NCBI GenBank assembly: GCA_964016885.1
Contig: OZ024742.1
Location: 253,952,001 to 254,016,000 of the forward strand
Length of the DNA stretch: 64,000 nt
Direction of reading: 5' to 3'
Source of the DNA: Eledone cirrhosa
Taxonomy: Eukaryota
The position numbers and the translations under genes are program-made. This document shows, in pieces, positions 13,831-26,667 of the stretch. The notes below the pieces were generated by a model, which was not told the origin of the DNA, made no database searches, and worked only from the letters and a program-made list of their open reading frames with translations. Position 1 is the stretch's first letter, and the number at the start of each line of letters is the position of its first letter.

Positions 13831-15559
13831 ACACATCCACGTGGGCGGCAGAGCCAAAGGAGAGTGTTTCCAGTGGTTCGGGTCGCACGACTTCCATGGG
13901 GTCGGGGGTGTTGGGTGAAGGGGTGTCTTGTGGTGGTGTGGGGTCGTCAGTGTGTGGTGGGGTTGGGGTGTTTGGAGTTGTGTTGGGGAGGGGAGGGGGA
14001 GGGAGAAAGCTTTTTAGTAGGACGCGGTTTATGGGTTTGACGGAGGGTGGTCCTACGTCCTCCTTAAAATCCTTTTTTAGTTTTTGGTAGAGGTTCATTG
14101 CGATCTTTATTAATTTTAAATGTGGGTAGTTTTCTGAAGAAACAAAGTTTACACCTTCGGTTTGTACCGAAGGATTATTGTTTATGAGTTCATTTAATTT
14201 ATTATTGTTTCTGTTGATGTAAGTATAGTGTAATGTCTTTTTTTCGGATAGTGTGAGTGTTTCGAAGAGTGGAGGGGCAGGTTTGGTTTTGTTTGTTGCT
14301 GGAGGGGTGTTTTGTGTTTTGTTGGATTGTGTTGACATTTGGGTGGGGGTTGTTTGGCCTTGTGTGTTTTGCACATGTTTTCTTTTTTTCCTTTTAATCT
14401 GTCTGAAGGACTCCGTTTCTTCCTCCGAATTCGTTGGGTTATCTTCAGTGTTGGAAGGAAGAGGTATGTTTGCTGGTAATGTTTCCGTGTTGGTTTTCTT
14501 TGTGGGGGAGATGGATGTCACTATGTTAGACTGCGTTGTGTGTTGTGGCTGCGGTGGTTGTGTTGTTTTATTGAGTGAGGGGTTGGGTGGGCCTGTATTT
14601 TGTTTTGGGGTAATGTGTTGTGACTGTTTGTGTTGTGGTAGTGCTGTAGTTTTACTGAGGGACGGGTTGGGTGGGACTGAGTTTTGTTGTTTGTTTATCT
14701 GTTGTGGTGGTGGTGGTGGAGCTGGTGTTGGTAGCAAGGTTTTCTTTTTGTTGAGTTGGGGACAAGCCGCCTTCAGGTGCCCTCTGCCTGCACAGATATG
14801 ACAGGACGGTCTTCTCCCCTCCACGCTAATGTTTATATACCCGTGGCCTTCTAATAGGATTCTGTCGGGTATTTGGGCGATGCGTTCAGGCTTCATTTAC
14901 ACTACAAGCTCTGTAGCTGTTCCACTGAACGCATTGCCTGTGGTTTTCCCAATGGAAATCACGTTGTCATTCGCTGGATCGATGAAGCCAGCTATGAGCC
15001 AGCAGTAGTCCACATCTGGCATCATTGCATCCAGCCATATGCGTTGAGTTCTTTTACCCATATAAGATGGATAAAAGGTAAAATTTTTCGAACGAATCGG
15101 TGACAAAGCACATTTTTTTGCCGCCGATTCGTTCTTCATAATAATCGCTAGGCTTCCATACAGTCTGTCTTTTCTTATGAAAGTGGTTTCATTAAGTACT
15201 TCTGTGAGTACTGTTTTGATGTCTGTTTGAGTTGGCTGTTCAGGTTTTTTAGAAGTGTTGTTGATGGTGCGGAAAACGACCGTTCGACTTTCAATGTCTT
15301 TGGTGAGTTCTTGAGGCATTTTTACCGATAAAATACCATTCTCTCCTTCAGTTATATATTGTTTGGCGTCTGCAATTCTTTGTGCCACATCTGAAATATT
15401 TTCAGGTATATATGTCAAAGATTTCTTTGTTGTTTGTGCAAATGAAATCTTATTGGTGTTGACTTTGTCGTCTGCTTTGCTTTCTGTTATGATGTTGTTT
15501 TCAAATGTTATTTTTGTATTTGTTGTGTCTTTGTTTGTGGTATTAATATTGTCATGCAA
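13745..15559 (-). pseudogene. Tx1-like ORF1 (gag-like, zinc knuckle, P/T/N-rich linker), one in-frame stop
   Basis: ORFs 14897-15559 and 13745-14896 are contiguous in the same frame; CHICAGRGHLKAAC. Confidence 0.8.
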
Positions 15560-15689
15560 TTTTTCAAATTTTCTTTTTTCTACGGGGATTTTTTAGCACT
15601 TCTTTATCCAGCGGTCATCCTCCATGTGCATCACATGTTCATGCCAACGCAGTCTTCTCTCCCTCACACTATAGTTTAACAACAACGTG

Positions 15690-15748
<59 letters not shown>

Positions 15749-15752
15749 GTAC

Positions 15753-16198
15753 ATATCATCATCATCATCATCACTGTTTTACGTCCGTTCTTCCACGCTA
15801 GCATGGGTTAGATGGGTTGTCCTGTTGTGGGCAGTGTCCGGTCAGCTGACCTTGTCTTGCTCATACGGAACTGATTTGGGCTTGATTTCTACAGCTGGAT
15901 GCTCTTCCTAACACCAACCTCATCTACAGTGAGTGCTGGGTGCTTTTTTTCCATGGTGCCTACACGTCCACTTTACAGTGTGGGCTGGGTGCTTTTTTTC
16001 CATGGCACATCTATGACCACTTTGCAGTGAAATGATAGGGACCCCAGTCCTATCATCTCATTTCTACAGCTGAGTAAACTGGAGCAATGTGAAATAAAGT
16101 GTCTTGCTCAAGGAAACAACACATCACCCGGTCCGAGAATTGAACTCACAACCTTTTGATTGCAAGCTCAATGTTCTAACCACTAAGCCATACGCCTT
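15753..16198 (-). mobile_element. bipartite SINE: tRNA-like head plus RTE-derived 3' tail
   Basis: minus-strand A-box TGGCTTAGTGG and B-box GAGTTCAATTC; tail homologous to RTE 3'UTR at ~24225-24498; ends in (GAT)n; second copy at 57693-58075. Confidence 0.88.
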
Positions 16199-16717
16199 CA
16201 TATACATATATACATATGTATGTAAAAGGTAAACAGAAATAACAACACAATCGGTACAGTATATGATCATTAGGTTGTGATGAGTTTGATTCCTGGATAG
16301 AGTGATGTATTGTGTCCTTGAGCAGGACATTTTATTACACATTTACTTTGTTGTAGAAATGAGTTGTGACATCTGTGAGGTTGAGCTGTATTGGCCTTTA
16401 CCTTTCCTTAGCACAACACTAGTGGTAGGAGAGAGGTGACTGGCATGCATGGGCGACTGCTGGTCTTTCACAAAAACATTTTGCCTTGGCTTGTGTCTCA
16501 GAGAAGAACTTTCTAGTTACAAATCCCAGGGTCATTCATAATTGAAGAGGGCTTTGTATTCAGTACCTTACTTACTGTGGTTACCCCCAATTGAACCTGG
16601 GATACACACACACACGCACACACACATATATATATTTATATCAGATAGGGTGTAGTAAAATACCAGGTGAACCATAACCCACCAGAGTACTCGATAATTG
16701 TGGTAGTAGAATGGGTA

Positions 16718-16832
16718 ATATGAAAAGATTCAGGACCCTGACTGCTGAGCTCCAGACATTTCGACAGCTAGATCCGATCTAGCTGTCGAAATGGCCGGAG
16801 CTCAGTCGTCAGGGTCCTGAATCTTTTCATAT
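16718..16832. repeat. near-perfect 57-bp-arm palindrome (1-nt spacer) abutting (TA)n
   Basis: ATATGAAAAGATTCAGGACCCTGAC...CTAGATC C GATCTAG...GTCAGGGTCCTGAATCTTTTCATAT. Confidence 0.9.
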
Positions 16833-18270
16833 ATATATATATATCTATATATATATATATTCATGGTGGAGACTGTTTGGAAGCAGGTCATGTGGATTGT
16901 TCCTGTAATTCAAAAGGCCATCCTTGTTATGAATGGTGTCACATAAAATTTCCCTGACAATTATATTATGGGTACATGTGTCTGTGGAATGCTCAGCCAC
17001 TTGTTTGTTAATTTCACAAGCAACTGGGACACTCGTCATTAAAACCATCACAGGTCTATTTCATTCCATTCTACTGACATTGCTAAGCAGCAATATATTT
17101 ATTGTATACAGTAGTGCAATTGTGATAATGATAAATTCTAGAAGTATTTGTGGCATTTTCAAATCAAGATATTTATCTTTGAGGACACCAGAATTAGTAT
17201 ATCTAAATAACAACAGTATTACTGTAAAAGTGAGTGTAATTTTTCAGTTTTCTGCACTTATAAATCCTGTATCACATTCTAAAATACTCTATATAACACT
17301 ATACCAAATACAGCTAAACTGTGTTTGTTTGTAGTAAAATTAATAAACATTTTAGATGAAAAATAAACTACTTCGTGTTAACATTGCAGATCTATTGGTC
17401 CTGGCAGCAGTTGAAATAAATGCTTAGACATTTTATCTGGATGCGTTTTACTGAAACATGGGTAAACTATTCTAGTCAACTACTATTAGCATTTTATAAA
17501 TGCAACATGTAGAAATGTCTCAAAGCATTATTACTATTCTGATCATGTATTGTGTAGCAACGCTAGAGTAAACTCACAAATTCTCTTGTATTAACTGTAT
17601 GCTGTTGACGTCTGATGGAAGGCATTTAATGCATTCTTCTACTATTTTTTTTTAGTTTTCGTTTTGATTTGTTTCATTTTTGTTTTTATTCTTTTTTTTT
17701 TTCTGCTAAAATAACTTTCCACTCGAGATACAGTTTTCTGTGATTTACTTCCTAAGTATGGCTACTGTTTCTTGTTAAGATAAAGGGAGGAGGTTTTGTT
17801 GTAGTTTGTCCGTGTTGTTGTTGTTGCTACTTCTGGTATTGTTGTTATTACTGTAGGTTTCAACATCGGTGAGAAAATTGTGTTTTGAAGAGCATGAAGA
17901 AACGATAACTATTATATAACTGCAAATACATAGTTAAATGTCGATAGAATGAGATTGAAAAGAAATATACTTAAAGTTTGCCGTAGTTTTAAGATGATTG
18001 AATTATAGAAATAGGTGGTATACTGGGAATTTAAGTAAAGCGTAAACTGCATTGGAGCTAGGATATAGTAGCCATGGAAAGTATACATAGAAAAATATGA
18101 AGAAGACTTTGAAATCAGCGAGGGAAAATTAACATTCCTTACAAACATATATCAATATCTAGCTGAGATATCTTTTCAATTAGAAAAATTATATATATAT
18201 AATTTATCAATACAAATAAATTACTTCATTTGTATTTTCTCTTACATTTTAACTGTTTTTTTTCCACTAG

Positions 18271-18580
18271 ACTGCGACCATGCTGGGGCACCACCTTGAT
18301 TTAGCCAATCATATTAACACCAGGGCTTAATTTTTCTAGTTTGGTATTTAACTTATTGATGTTGTTTTTGTTGTACCACTAAGTAACAGGATATGAACAG
18401 TTACAAACATAGACACATATGCACACTCACACACACATAATGAGTTCCTTCAGATTACATCTACTAAATTCCTTTCAAAAGACAATGGCCAACTGGAGAC
18501 TAAAGTAGAAGACACTTGACCAAGGTGTTGCAAAGCAGGACTGAACCCAGAACCCTGTGGTTAACCACACAGCCATGTCT
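18271..18580 (-). mobile_element. old SINE copy
   Basis: minus strand CAGACATGGCTGTGTGG..GGTTCAGTCC..CTTGGTCAAGTGTCTTCTAC; related plus-strand copy at ~19931-20070. Confidence 0.6.
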
Positions 18581-18843
18581 GTTTGTTTTAGAAACACAAT
18601 CTCTAGATACTTCCAAAATTGATGTAAAGATTAGCAACAATGTTTAGTAACTGTCCTGTATCTGGATGTCATATGTTGAGAGTATATACACACAACACTT
18701 AAAGCTAAAGTAGGCAGTTAGGTTGGTTTAATAAAATATATTAATCATTTCAATAGCAGCCCAGCCAAAACCAGCTATGGTTCTATAAAACAGAACCAGT
18801 TATTTTAAAGGGTTTTTATTTGAATGAAAATCTTCCATCATAA

Positions 18844-19408
18844 TCTATATATATAAAACTGAGGATGTCTGTCTGTGTGTGTGTGAGTTTGAATCCCTAA
18901 AACTAGAGAAACACCCAAACTTTACACATGTAATACTTATGTTTCAGGGAGTGTTCTGAGCAAACAAAATTTCGAATTTTCAATGCATTAGGCGATTTAA
19001 CGATCTCTCTCTATAATTCTTAGTCTTTCTCTTTCTAGATAGATACATACATATAACGTCGCGCTCTTATAATATCTGTCTGTATGTCTGGCTGTCTGCA
19101 TTACGTTACTTCCCACAATTGGCTCTGCATCCAGAACGCGCCCTTATAATATCTGTCTGTATGTCTGCTGTCTGCTGCCTCCGGTTATTCTGTCATCCTT
19201 GCTCAAGACAAATCTCACACTCATTTCCCAAACAGTTAGTAAGTGCACACAACTTCTTCCTCACGTTTTAAGCCACAGTGTTGCTTACTTACGTACCACC
19301 AGACCCTTACTTCTTTGCCAGCCGTGGTTGTGGCAATACTAAGCTTAGCTAAGGCGGTTATATATTTCACAATACCTTATCCCGTGCAACGCCGGGTACC
19401 ACTGCTAG
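18844..19408 (+). mobile_element. non-autonomous Helitron (565 bp)
   Basis: A|TCTATATATATAAAA 5' end; subterminal hairpin CCCG-TGCAACGC-CGGG (19381-19396); CTAG|T 3' end; inserted between A and T with no TSD; internal ~40-bp direct repeat. Confidence 0.88.
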
Positions 19409-19624
19409 TATTATATAAAAACAGTAATCAGGTTATTACTTTAGTAATGAAACAATTAATAATTCTAGTAAAATTCTTCATAAAACGTTTTGATACCAAG
19501 TGAGCTGATTCTGCTTCAATGAAAGAAAAGGATCCATTTTAAAGATAATTTATTTGAACTAAAATCTTCGGACATAGTTTTAGATAAGAACCATATGTTA
19601 AGTTACTATTTTTAGTACACCTGT

Positions 19625-19840
19625 TGGTAATTGTCAGAATTGGTAGAGCATCAGACAAAATGCTATTCTAGTATTTGTTCTGTTCCTTTACATTCTGAAT
19701 TAAAATCCCACCTAGGTCAACTTTGCCTTTCATCCTTCTGGGGTTGATAAAAGAATGTACTGGTCAAATACTGGGGCTGATTTAACCAACTTTTCCTTTC
19801 TCTTTCTCCCAACGTAGTTGCCCTTGTGTCGAAATTAAAA
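19625..19840 (+). mobile_element. diverged SINE related to the 27151 family
   Basis: CAACTTTGCCTTTCATCCTTCTGGGGTTGATAAAA..GTAC central domain. Confidence 0.65.
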
Positions 19841-19930
19841 ACCGAATTTTAGTATACTCATCAAAATTGAAATAGTGTTATGGATACGAAAGAGTTAAAC
19901 ATATTTAAAAACAAAATCTCTACTTAGGGA

Positions 19931-20070
19931 CAGGCATGGCTGCATTGTTAAGGAGTTTATTTTACAACCACATTGCATCAGGTTCAATTCCACTGCATGG
20001 TACATTTTCTACTATAACCTTGACTTGACCAATATTTGTGATCGAGATGTGGTAGACGGAAACTGTGAGT
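19931..20070 (+). mobile_element. old SINE copy
   Basis: CAGGCATGGCTG..GGTTCAATTCC B-box..GGTAGACGGAAACTG. Confidence 0.55.
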
Positions 20071-20976
20071 GTGTCAATATCTGTGTTTGTTTATGTCCTC
20101 TAACTTAGCGGATCACCCAAAACAGATCAATCTTAGGCCTATCATGCTGTTTGTATGTACAAATATCGACACAACTTCTCCCACTGGGTATTTATATTTG
20201 ATGAAAAACTGTTCTGTTAATGATGCCCATATCAATCTATTGGAATGGTCACTTATTCTTCAGTTTTGAAACCAGTCAGAGAATTTTTAGTTAAGCTTAC
20301 TATTTTTGGTTGCTTGACTGTGAATATGTCCTTTGGGAAATATGCTTGTGAAGTGTTCTTTTAGAGTAAGTTACATGGATATACCCTTAAGAGATTTTGT
20401 ATAAGATATTATATAGATATAATCATCATTTGCTATCTCTGTCGGCAGCAGATTGCACACAAACTTGACTGAGTTTCTTCAAAAGTTTCCTATATATATA
20501 GAGAGAGATGGATATATAATAGGTAGGTAGGCAAGTAGGTAGGTGGGCAGAACGACAGACATATATAGATACGTATAATGCAAGCATGGAAAATTATGAT
20601 GTTGATGACGATATATATATAAGTATATAAATATATATACATACATTTATATATATATATATATATATGTGTGTACACACATACACGCATGTGTATATAG
20701 GAAAGCTATGTGTAAAATACATTTACATATATATATAGACACATAATTATATTTATAATCTCTATGGAAAGGAGAATTTTATTGTAAAAGTTACTTTGAA
20801 ATTTTTCAAATATCAAACCACTCTGTTATATAAACAGCAGTGTTTTAATTTCAAACTGTCTTTGTCACCAATAATAGATAATTATATAGAATAGGATTAT
20901 ATTGGAAGATGTTACAATTGAAATTAATCACATATATTGAATAGTTTACTCTGCAGGTGTTATATTAAGCTGTACC

Positions 20977-21102
<126 letters not shown>

Positions 21103-21161
21103 TATACATATATATATATATGTATATATATATACACACACACACATATATATACATATAT

Positions 21162-21162
<1 letters not shown>

Positions 21163-21193
<31 letters not shown>

Positions 21194-21618
21194 TTTACGT
21201 CCGCTTTTCCCTGCTTGCAAGAGTTGAACAGGCCCTATTCAGCACAGCATCTCTCCACTTGTCACGGTCCTTCATCATCTCCTCAGTGAGTTTCAGTCAT
21301 CTGAGGTCTTCTCTCACCACCTCTGCGGATGTCTTTCTATCATCCAGCATCGTGCATCTCACACAAACATCATATAGCCGTCCTTTCGCACGCAGGGAGA
21401 AACCCTTCTTTGTCAACAGAGGAAGAAGATCCCTAAACTTTTTCTAACCCATCCTTATTCTAGATACTATGGCCTTGGAACACCCTCCCTCCCATGAAAA
21501 TCTGATCACCTAGGTACCAGAAGCTATCAACCACTTCTATAGAAACCACCTGCATTGGAAAAATGTGTCTATCACTGCAATTACTACTGCCAACTTTCCC
21601 TGTACATCTACTGCATAC
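21163..21618 (-). mobile_element. RTE LINE 3' fragment with (GAT)n tail, internally deleted
   Basis: ~21345-21618 closely matches ~5483-5757; (CAT)n at 21163-21192. Confidence 0.8.
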
Positions 21619-21620
21619 GT

Positions 21621-22670
21621 GCTTGCGACAGGTTCAGAAAAGAACTCACAGCCTTCTTTAAAGGCTTCAACCTCTCTATACAGGTTGAGGCCAATCTCTC
21701 GGTCGTTAATTACCTCGACGTTACCCTCAACTTATTGAATGGGTTGTATTACCCGTATAGAAAGCCGAATGATACGCTTAATTACATAAGTAAGCATTCC
21801 AACCATCCTGCCAGCATAACCAAGAACCTGGTAAGAAACGTTTCGTTGAGGCTTTCCCGTCTTTCCACCAACGAGCGTACTTTCAACGACCATTCCACTT
21901 ATTACAATGAAGCTCTTGCTCGAAGTGGATTTGTCGATAAGGTAGCCTATACAGAGTACGAAAATAGACCTAGAAGAAATAGATCCCGTCGCATTTGTTG
22001 GTATAACCCACCATATAATATGGAGGTGGCCACACCATTAGCTAAGATTTTTCTTTCCCTTATTACGAAGCATTTTCCCCCTACACATAAATATAGTAAA
22101 ATTTTTAATAGAAATACTATTAAAATTTTCTACTCTACGACTCCTAACCTTGCACATAACATCACAGCTTCAAATTTAGCTAAACTACCTAGCCGTAGGA
22201 ACACGTGCAACCTTGTAGTTAGTACTAACTGTAATTGTAGGAATCGGGTTGATTGCCCCCTATCCGGGAAATGCCTCTCTAGTAACATTGTCTACAAATG
22301 TAGGGTTGTAACACCCATGTCCCGTAGGGCCTACATAGGGTTAACCGCCAATAGATTCAAGCAGCGTCTTTACATGCATACCCATTCTTTTCGTTACCCT
22401 CTAAGAAGGAATATGACGTCACTTTCAAATTATATCTCGAGTCTAAAAGACAACCACACCCAATATAAGTTACACTGGGAGATCCTAGCTAGGGCTAGGT
22501 CGTATAACGGAAATAAAAGACCATGTGACCTCTGCGTCGCTGTGGCCCTGGAAATACTCTACGCCACAGACCACATCTTAAACAAAAAATCTGAGGCAAT
22601 TTCGGCTCGTAAACATAAATTGCACAAAACTTTCCTGTATTACAGCCCCACGTTATACCCTAACGGATAG
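21621..22670 (+). pseudogene. truncated PLE RT-GIY-YIG ORF (first ~21 aa of listed ORF 21555 are antisense RTE sequence)
   Basis: homologous to ORFs 31239-32876 and 41481-43418. Confidence 0.88.
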
Positions 22671-23604
22671 TACGATCTATACGTGGATATCTTACGTCTT
22701 GATGTGGGAGCTAAGTATATGTTTTGTTTATACCTTTACTTATTTGCATAGGTAAGTATATATTACCCGTATGTTTTGTGAAGGTACGAATACCTTCTCG
22801 TACGTATATTCGATTGTTATGGCGTATAATTTTTTTATATATTCTGGTACATATGGTTCGGTTATGTGTATACGGGAGTTTTGCGTCTGTGTGAGTATGC
22901 AGGTTCGTATGTATGTAGGGCGTGTTTATATGTGTACTTCATGTTTTGGTTGACTTACGTCTCCGAACATTCGTGTATTTACATGTAGGTATGTGTGTGT
23001 GCTTGTTATATACGTATTTATTTATTTATATACGTTTATATAATTATTTATTTATTTGTATACACGCATACACACACACACATATCTATATGGTCGTGGT
23101 TTTGTTTACCTATGGTAAGTTTTTGCGTATGCTTGTGTATGTACGTATTTGTTTGCGTGTATGTATTTATTTATTTCTATTACTTCTGTTTTGTATTTAT
23201 TTACTTTGTTCTTAACTCTGTAGCGGAGATTCATTCGGTCTCCTAGTTAGAATTTTAGTCTACGACTTCTGCTATACCATTTACGTGGTTTTGTCTTTGC
23301 GTGTTAATTTTCTCCACGCTCCACATATGACGTGTTATGTTCGTTTTTCTCGTTCATTGCCAGAGAACGTCTCTATGCACCACCTAAGAGAACATTAGTC
23401 TACGACCTCTCTTATACCATTAACGTGGTTCTGTCTTTGCGCGTAATTGTTTTTCACCGCTCCTATTAATGACGTATTATATTCGTTTTTTTCCCGTTCT
23501 TTGCCAGCGAACGTTTCCACGAACCAAAGCATCGTCTTCCTGTCTTCCTCCAGTTGCAACGTTTTTTGAAATATACAGTTCTGCGTTTACAGATTGACTT
23601 TGTT

Positions 23605-23655
23605 AGTTTCAGAAGATCCCGTTAAGGGTGAAAGCAGCGATTCTTTGCTTAAACT
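23605..23655 (+). ncRNA. degenerate hammerhead-like motif of PLE family A
   Basis: AGTTT-CAGAAGA-tCCC gttaa GGGt-GAAA-GCA..TGC-TT-AAACT; core U4>A and U.U at 10.1/11.1. Confidence 0.45.
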
Positions 23656-23761
23656 TTAATCTGTTATTTTAATAAATATTTGCTCTACGGTTCTTATATA
23701 TTTGATATATATTTATCCTTATCGAGCCCTCTTTGGATTTTAGTCTTAAATTTATTATTAT

Positions 23762-23820
<59 letters not shown>

Positions 23821-23839
23821 TATATATATAGATAAATAT

Positions 23840-24498
23840 ACGAAAGAAACGAAGCCTGCATGCTCCGATGGATGTGTAATAGTAATATACGCGAACGACA
23901 GAGCATAAATGAATTGAGAGAGAGACTGAGCATAAGAGGAATCAAATGCTGTGTGCAGGAGAGGCGGTTGCGTTGGTAAGAACATGTGATGCGTATGAAG
24001 GATGACAGCTGCATAAAAAGGTGCAGGGCACTAGAAGTCAATAGAAGCCGCGGAGTGGGGTGACCCCAGAAGACCTGGGATGAGGTGATAAAAGCCGACC
24101 TTACCCAATTACACCTCTCAAAGGCGATGACATACGACCGTGACCTCTGACGTCACGCAGTAATACAGATTACCCGACCTCCCATGGGTACAAGCTGAAG
24201 CATATAGACAATATGCCCCCACACCCTCCCACTGCAAGGTGGTCGTGGAGGTGCCACGGCAAAAAAGCACCCAGCCCACACTGTAAAGTGGACATGTAGG
24301 CGCCACGGAAAAAGCACCCAGCACTCACTGTAAATGAGGTTGGTGTTTGGAAGAGCATCCAGCTGTAGAAATCAAGCCAAAATCAGTTCCTGTATGAGCA
24401 AGGCATGGTCGGCCGACCAGACACTGCCCACAACCCATCTAACCCATGCTAGCATGTAAGAACGGACGTAAAACGGTGATGATGGTGATGATGATGAT
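23840..24498 (+). mobile_element. RTE LINE 3' fragment
   Basis: ERNEACMLRW..RLRW C-terminal coding remnant related to ~60465-60670; 3'UTR and (GAT)n tail. Confidence 0.85.
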
Positions 24499-24529
24499 AC
24501 ACGTGTGTGTATGATTGTATATAGAAGAT

Positions 24530-24785
24530 TATATTAATAAAAGGAATTCCAACTTTGTCTGATTTGCTCGTTTTATTTACAATCCTTTAAAATTTATAAT
24601 GGTATTAGAATGAAATAGTATGGTAGAATATTAAATGTTAAGTGTTAATTGAACAAGTACTTTCTTGCTTTCGCAATCTTCAGGTGGTGACAGTCAAGTT
24701 TGCAATTCTCAACTGTTGAAAATTTTAGAGGATTGTAAATAAAACGAGTAAATCAGACAAAGTTGGAATTCCTTTTATTAATATA
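24530..24785. mobile_element. small fold-back element with minimal hammerhead in the spacer
   Basis: arms 24530-24595 and 24720-24785 are inverted. Confidence 0.75.
24652..24686 (-). ncRNA. minimal type I hammerhead motif
   Basis: minus strand CTGAAGA-TTGC gaaa GCAA-GAAA-GTAC-TT; helix I only ~2 bp. Confidence 0.6.
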
Positions 24786-24830
24786 TATATATTCATATAT
24801 ATATATAGATATGTGTGTGTATATGTGTAT

Positions 24831-25373
24831 ATCAAAGGTATATATTGAGTTAGGAACTCAAAATAGTCTCTTACAACAAAATAGCTGTAAGAAAGAGATA
24901 TTTCTGAGCCGTATATTATAATAGAATATAAAAGAAAAACGAACACAGACATATATATATGTGTTCAAATCGTAAGGGACCTGATTCACTAAGGTGAAAA
25001 GAATACTAACTATAGACAATAGGGTTCGCTTGTCCCAATTTAAGAAAAAATTAAGAAAATAAATGCAAACCGGAATTGTGGTAACTACCAATCACCCAGA
25101 CAACTTGTTCTTGTTTCGCAAAGTTAATTGTGAATATAAATACCAATCCAAGCTTTCTATTCACAATTAACTTTGCGAAACAACAAGTTGTCTGGGTGAT
25201 TGGTAGTTACCACAATTCCGGTTTGTATTTATTTTCTTAATTTTTTCTTAAATTGAGACAAGCGAACCCTATTGTCTATAGTTAGTATTCTTTTCACCTT
25301 AGCGAATCAGGTCCCTTACGATTTTGAACACATATATATGTCTGTGTTCGTTTTTCTTTTATATTCTATTATA
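24831..25373. mobile_element. fold-back element family C (~220-bp arms, 21-bp spacer)
   Basis: 24917-25136 inverts 25158-25373; homologous to 48885-49456. Confidence 0.85.
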
Positions 25374-25492
25374 ATTATATATATATATATATATTACGTA
25401 GACAATGGAGGCGTATGTGCATAAACACACCTGCACAGTGTCGTATTTGTGACAGTATCGTATTAGCTCAATGTACAATAACAGAGCCGTTA

Positions 25493-26088
<596 letters not shown>

Positions 26089-26548
26089 TAGACCGAAAAA
26101 TGCGGGCGCATGTGTATTAATATTCTTAAATAATAATAAACCTGGAAAAGTACAGGACAAGTAGAATTAACTCTTAATGTATTGAAGCTGGAATTTAAAT
26201 TTGATGAATTCAATGCAAGAGATAATAAGAAATAATAATGAATTAGGGGATTTATTAGATATTAAGTCATCAGTTTGCCTAAGTCAGCAATCACCATTTT
26301 GCCAACCAAATGCAATTAATGTCATCAATCTTTTGTACATAAATTGTCAGTTCATTTAAGTTGTCACTTTTTTGTCCCTTTAGTGTGTTAATTATACTGT
26401 ATTACTTTAAAAATTGACATTAAAAATTAATTGAAATTAATAGTAAAAAGTAATGAGCTAAATTTTGCATAAATTGTCATCATATTAAAATTATTAATCT
26501 AATTTCATTTAAAAAAAAGTTAAGTCAAAATTTGTCAAGATCGAATTA

Positions 26549-26667
26549 CAGTTGACTCTCCCTAATTGTCAGCGCCATTTTTGGCCCAACTTTTATTTTT
26601 TGTGACTCTCCCTAATTGTCAGTCATTTTTACAGTTCTTTTGAGTGACAATTAGAGATAGTCAACTG
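26549..26667. mobile_element. nested 119-bp MITE (CAGT-starting TIRs, TA TSD)
   Basis: TA|CAGTTGACTCTCCCTAATTGTCA ... TGACAATTAGAGATAGTCAACTG|TA; extra internal TIR-like copy at ~26603. Confidence 0.7.

Larger units (their letters stand above)
10215..15687 (-). mobile_element. full-length Tx1/L1-clade non-LTR retrotransposon (~5.5 kb), inactivated, inside (TA)n tract
   Basis: gag-like ORF with CX2CX4HX4C knuckle; APE (CLNARGL, ICETR, AGDWN, WTW); RT (KSPGLDG, FRPITL, DQSKAF, RQGCPLS, AYAD); C-terminal CPRC..HALVQC; AATAAA at 3' end. Confidence 0.93.
21619..23765 (+). mobile_element. Penelope-like element family A, 5'-truncated (RT C-term + GIY-YIG, 3'UTR with ~115-bp tandem repeats, pLTR)
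   Basis: VNYLDVTL, SNHP, WYNPPY, CNC..CPL..C, IVYKC..YIG..RFKQR..H, CDLC; ends at (TA)n. Confidence 0.92.

Noticed and set aside
14253-14801. Antisense ORFs over LINE and PLE coding regions (also 41902-42297, 60950-61480)
   Set aside because: Shadow frames caused by strand compositional bias; no independent motifs
16120-16198. tRNA gene (GCA anticodon-like loop)
   Set aside because: It is the head of a SINE; no complete acceptor stem and it continues into the SINE body
18741-19899. Possible old TTAA-flanked MITE surrounding the Helitron and a SINE
   Set aside because: Termini too degenerate to establish TIRs by eye
21555-21620. N-terminus of the 371-aa ORF as a genuine start
   Set aside because: It is antisense RTE sequence joined by chance to a truncated PLE
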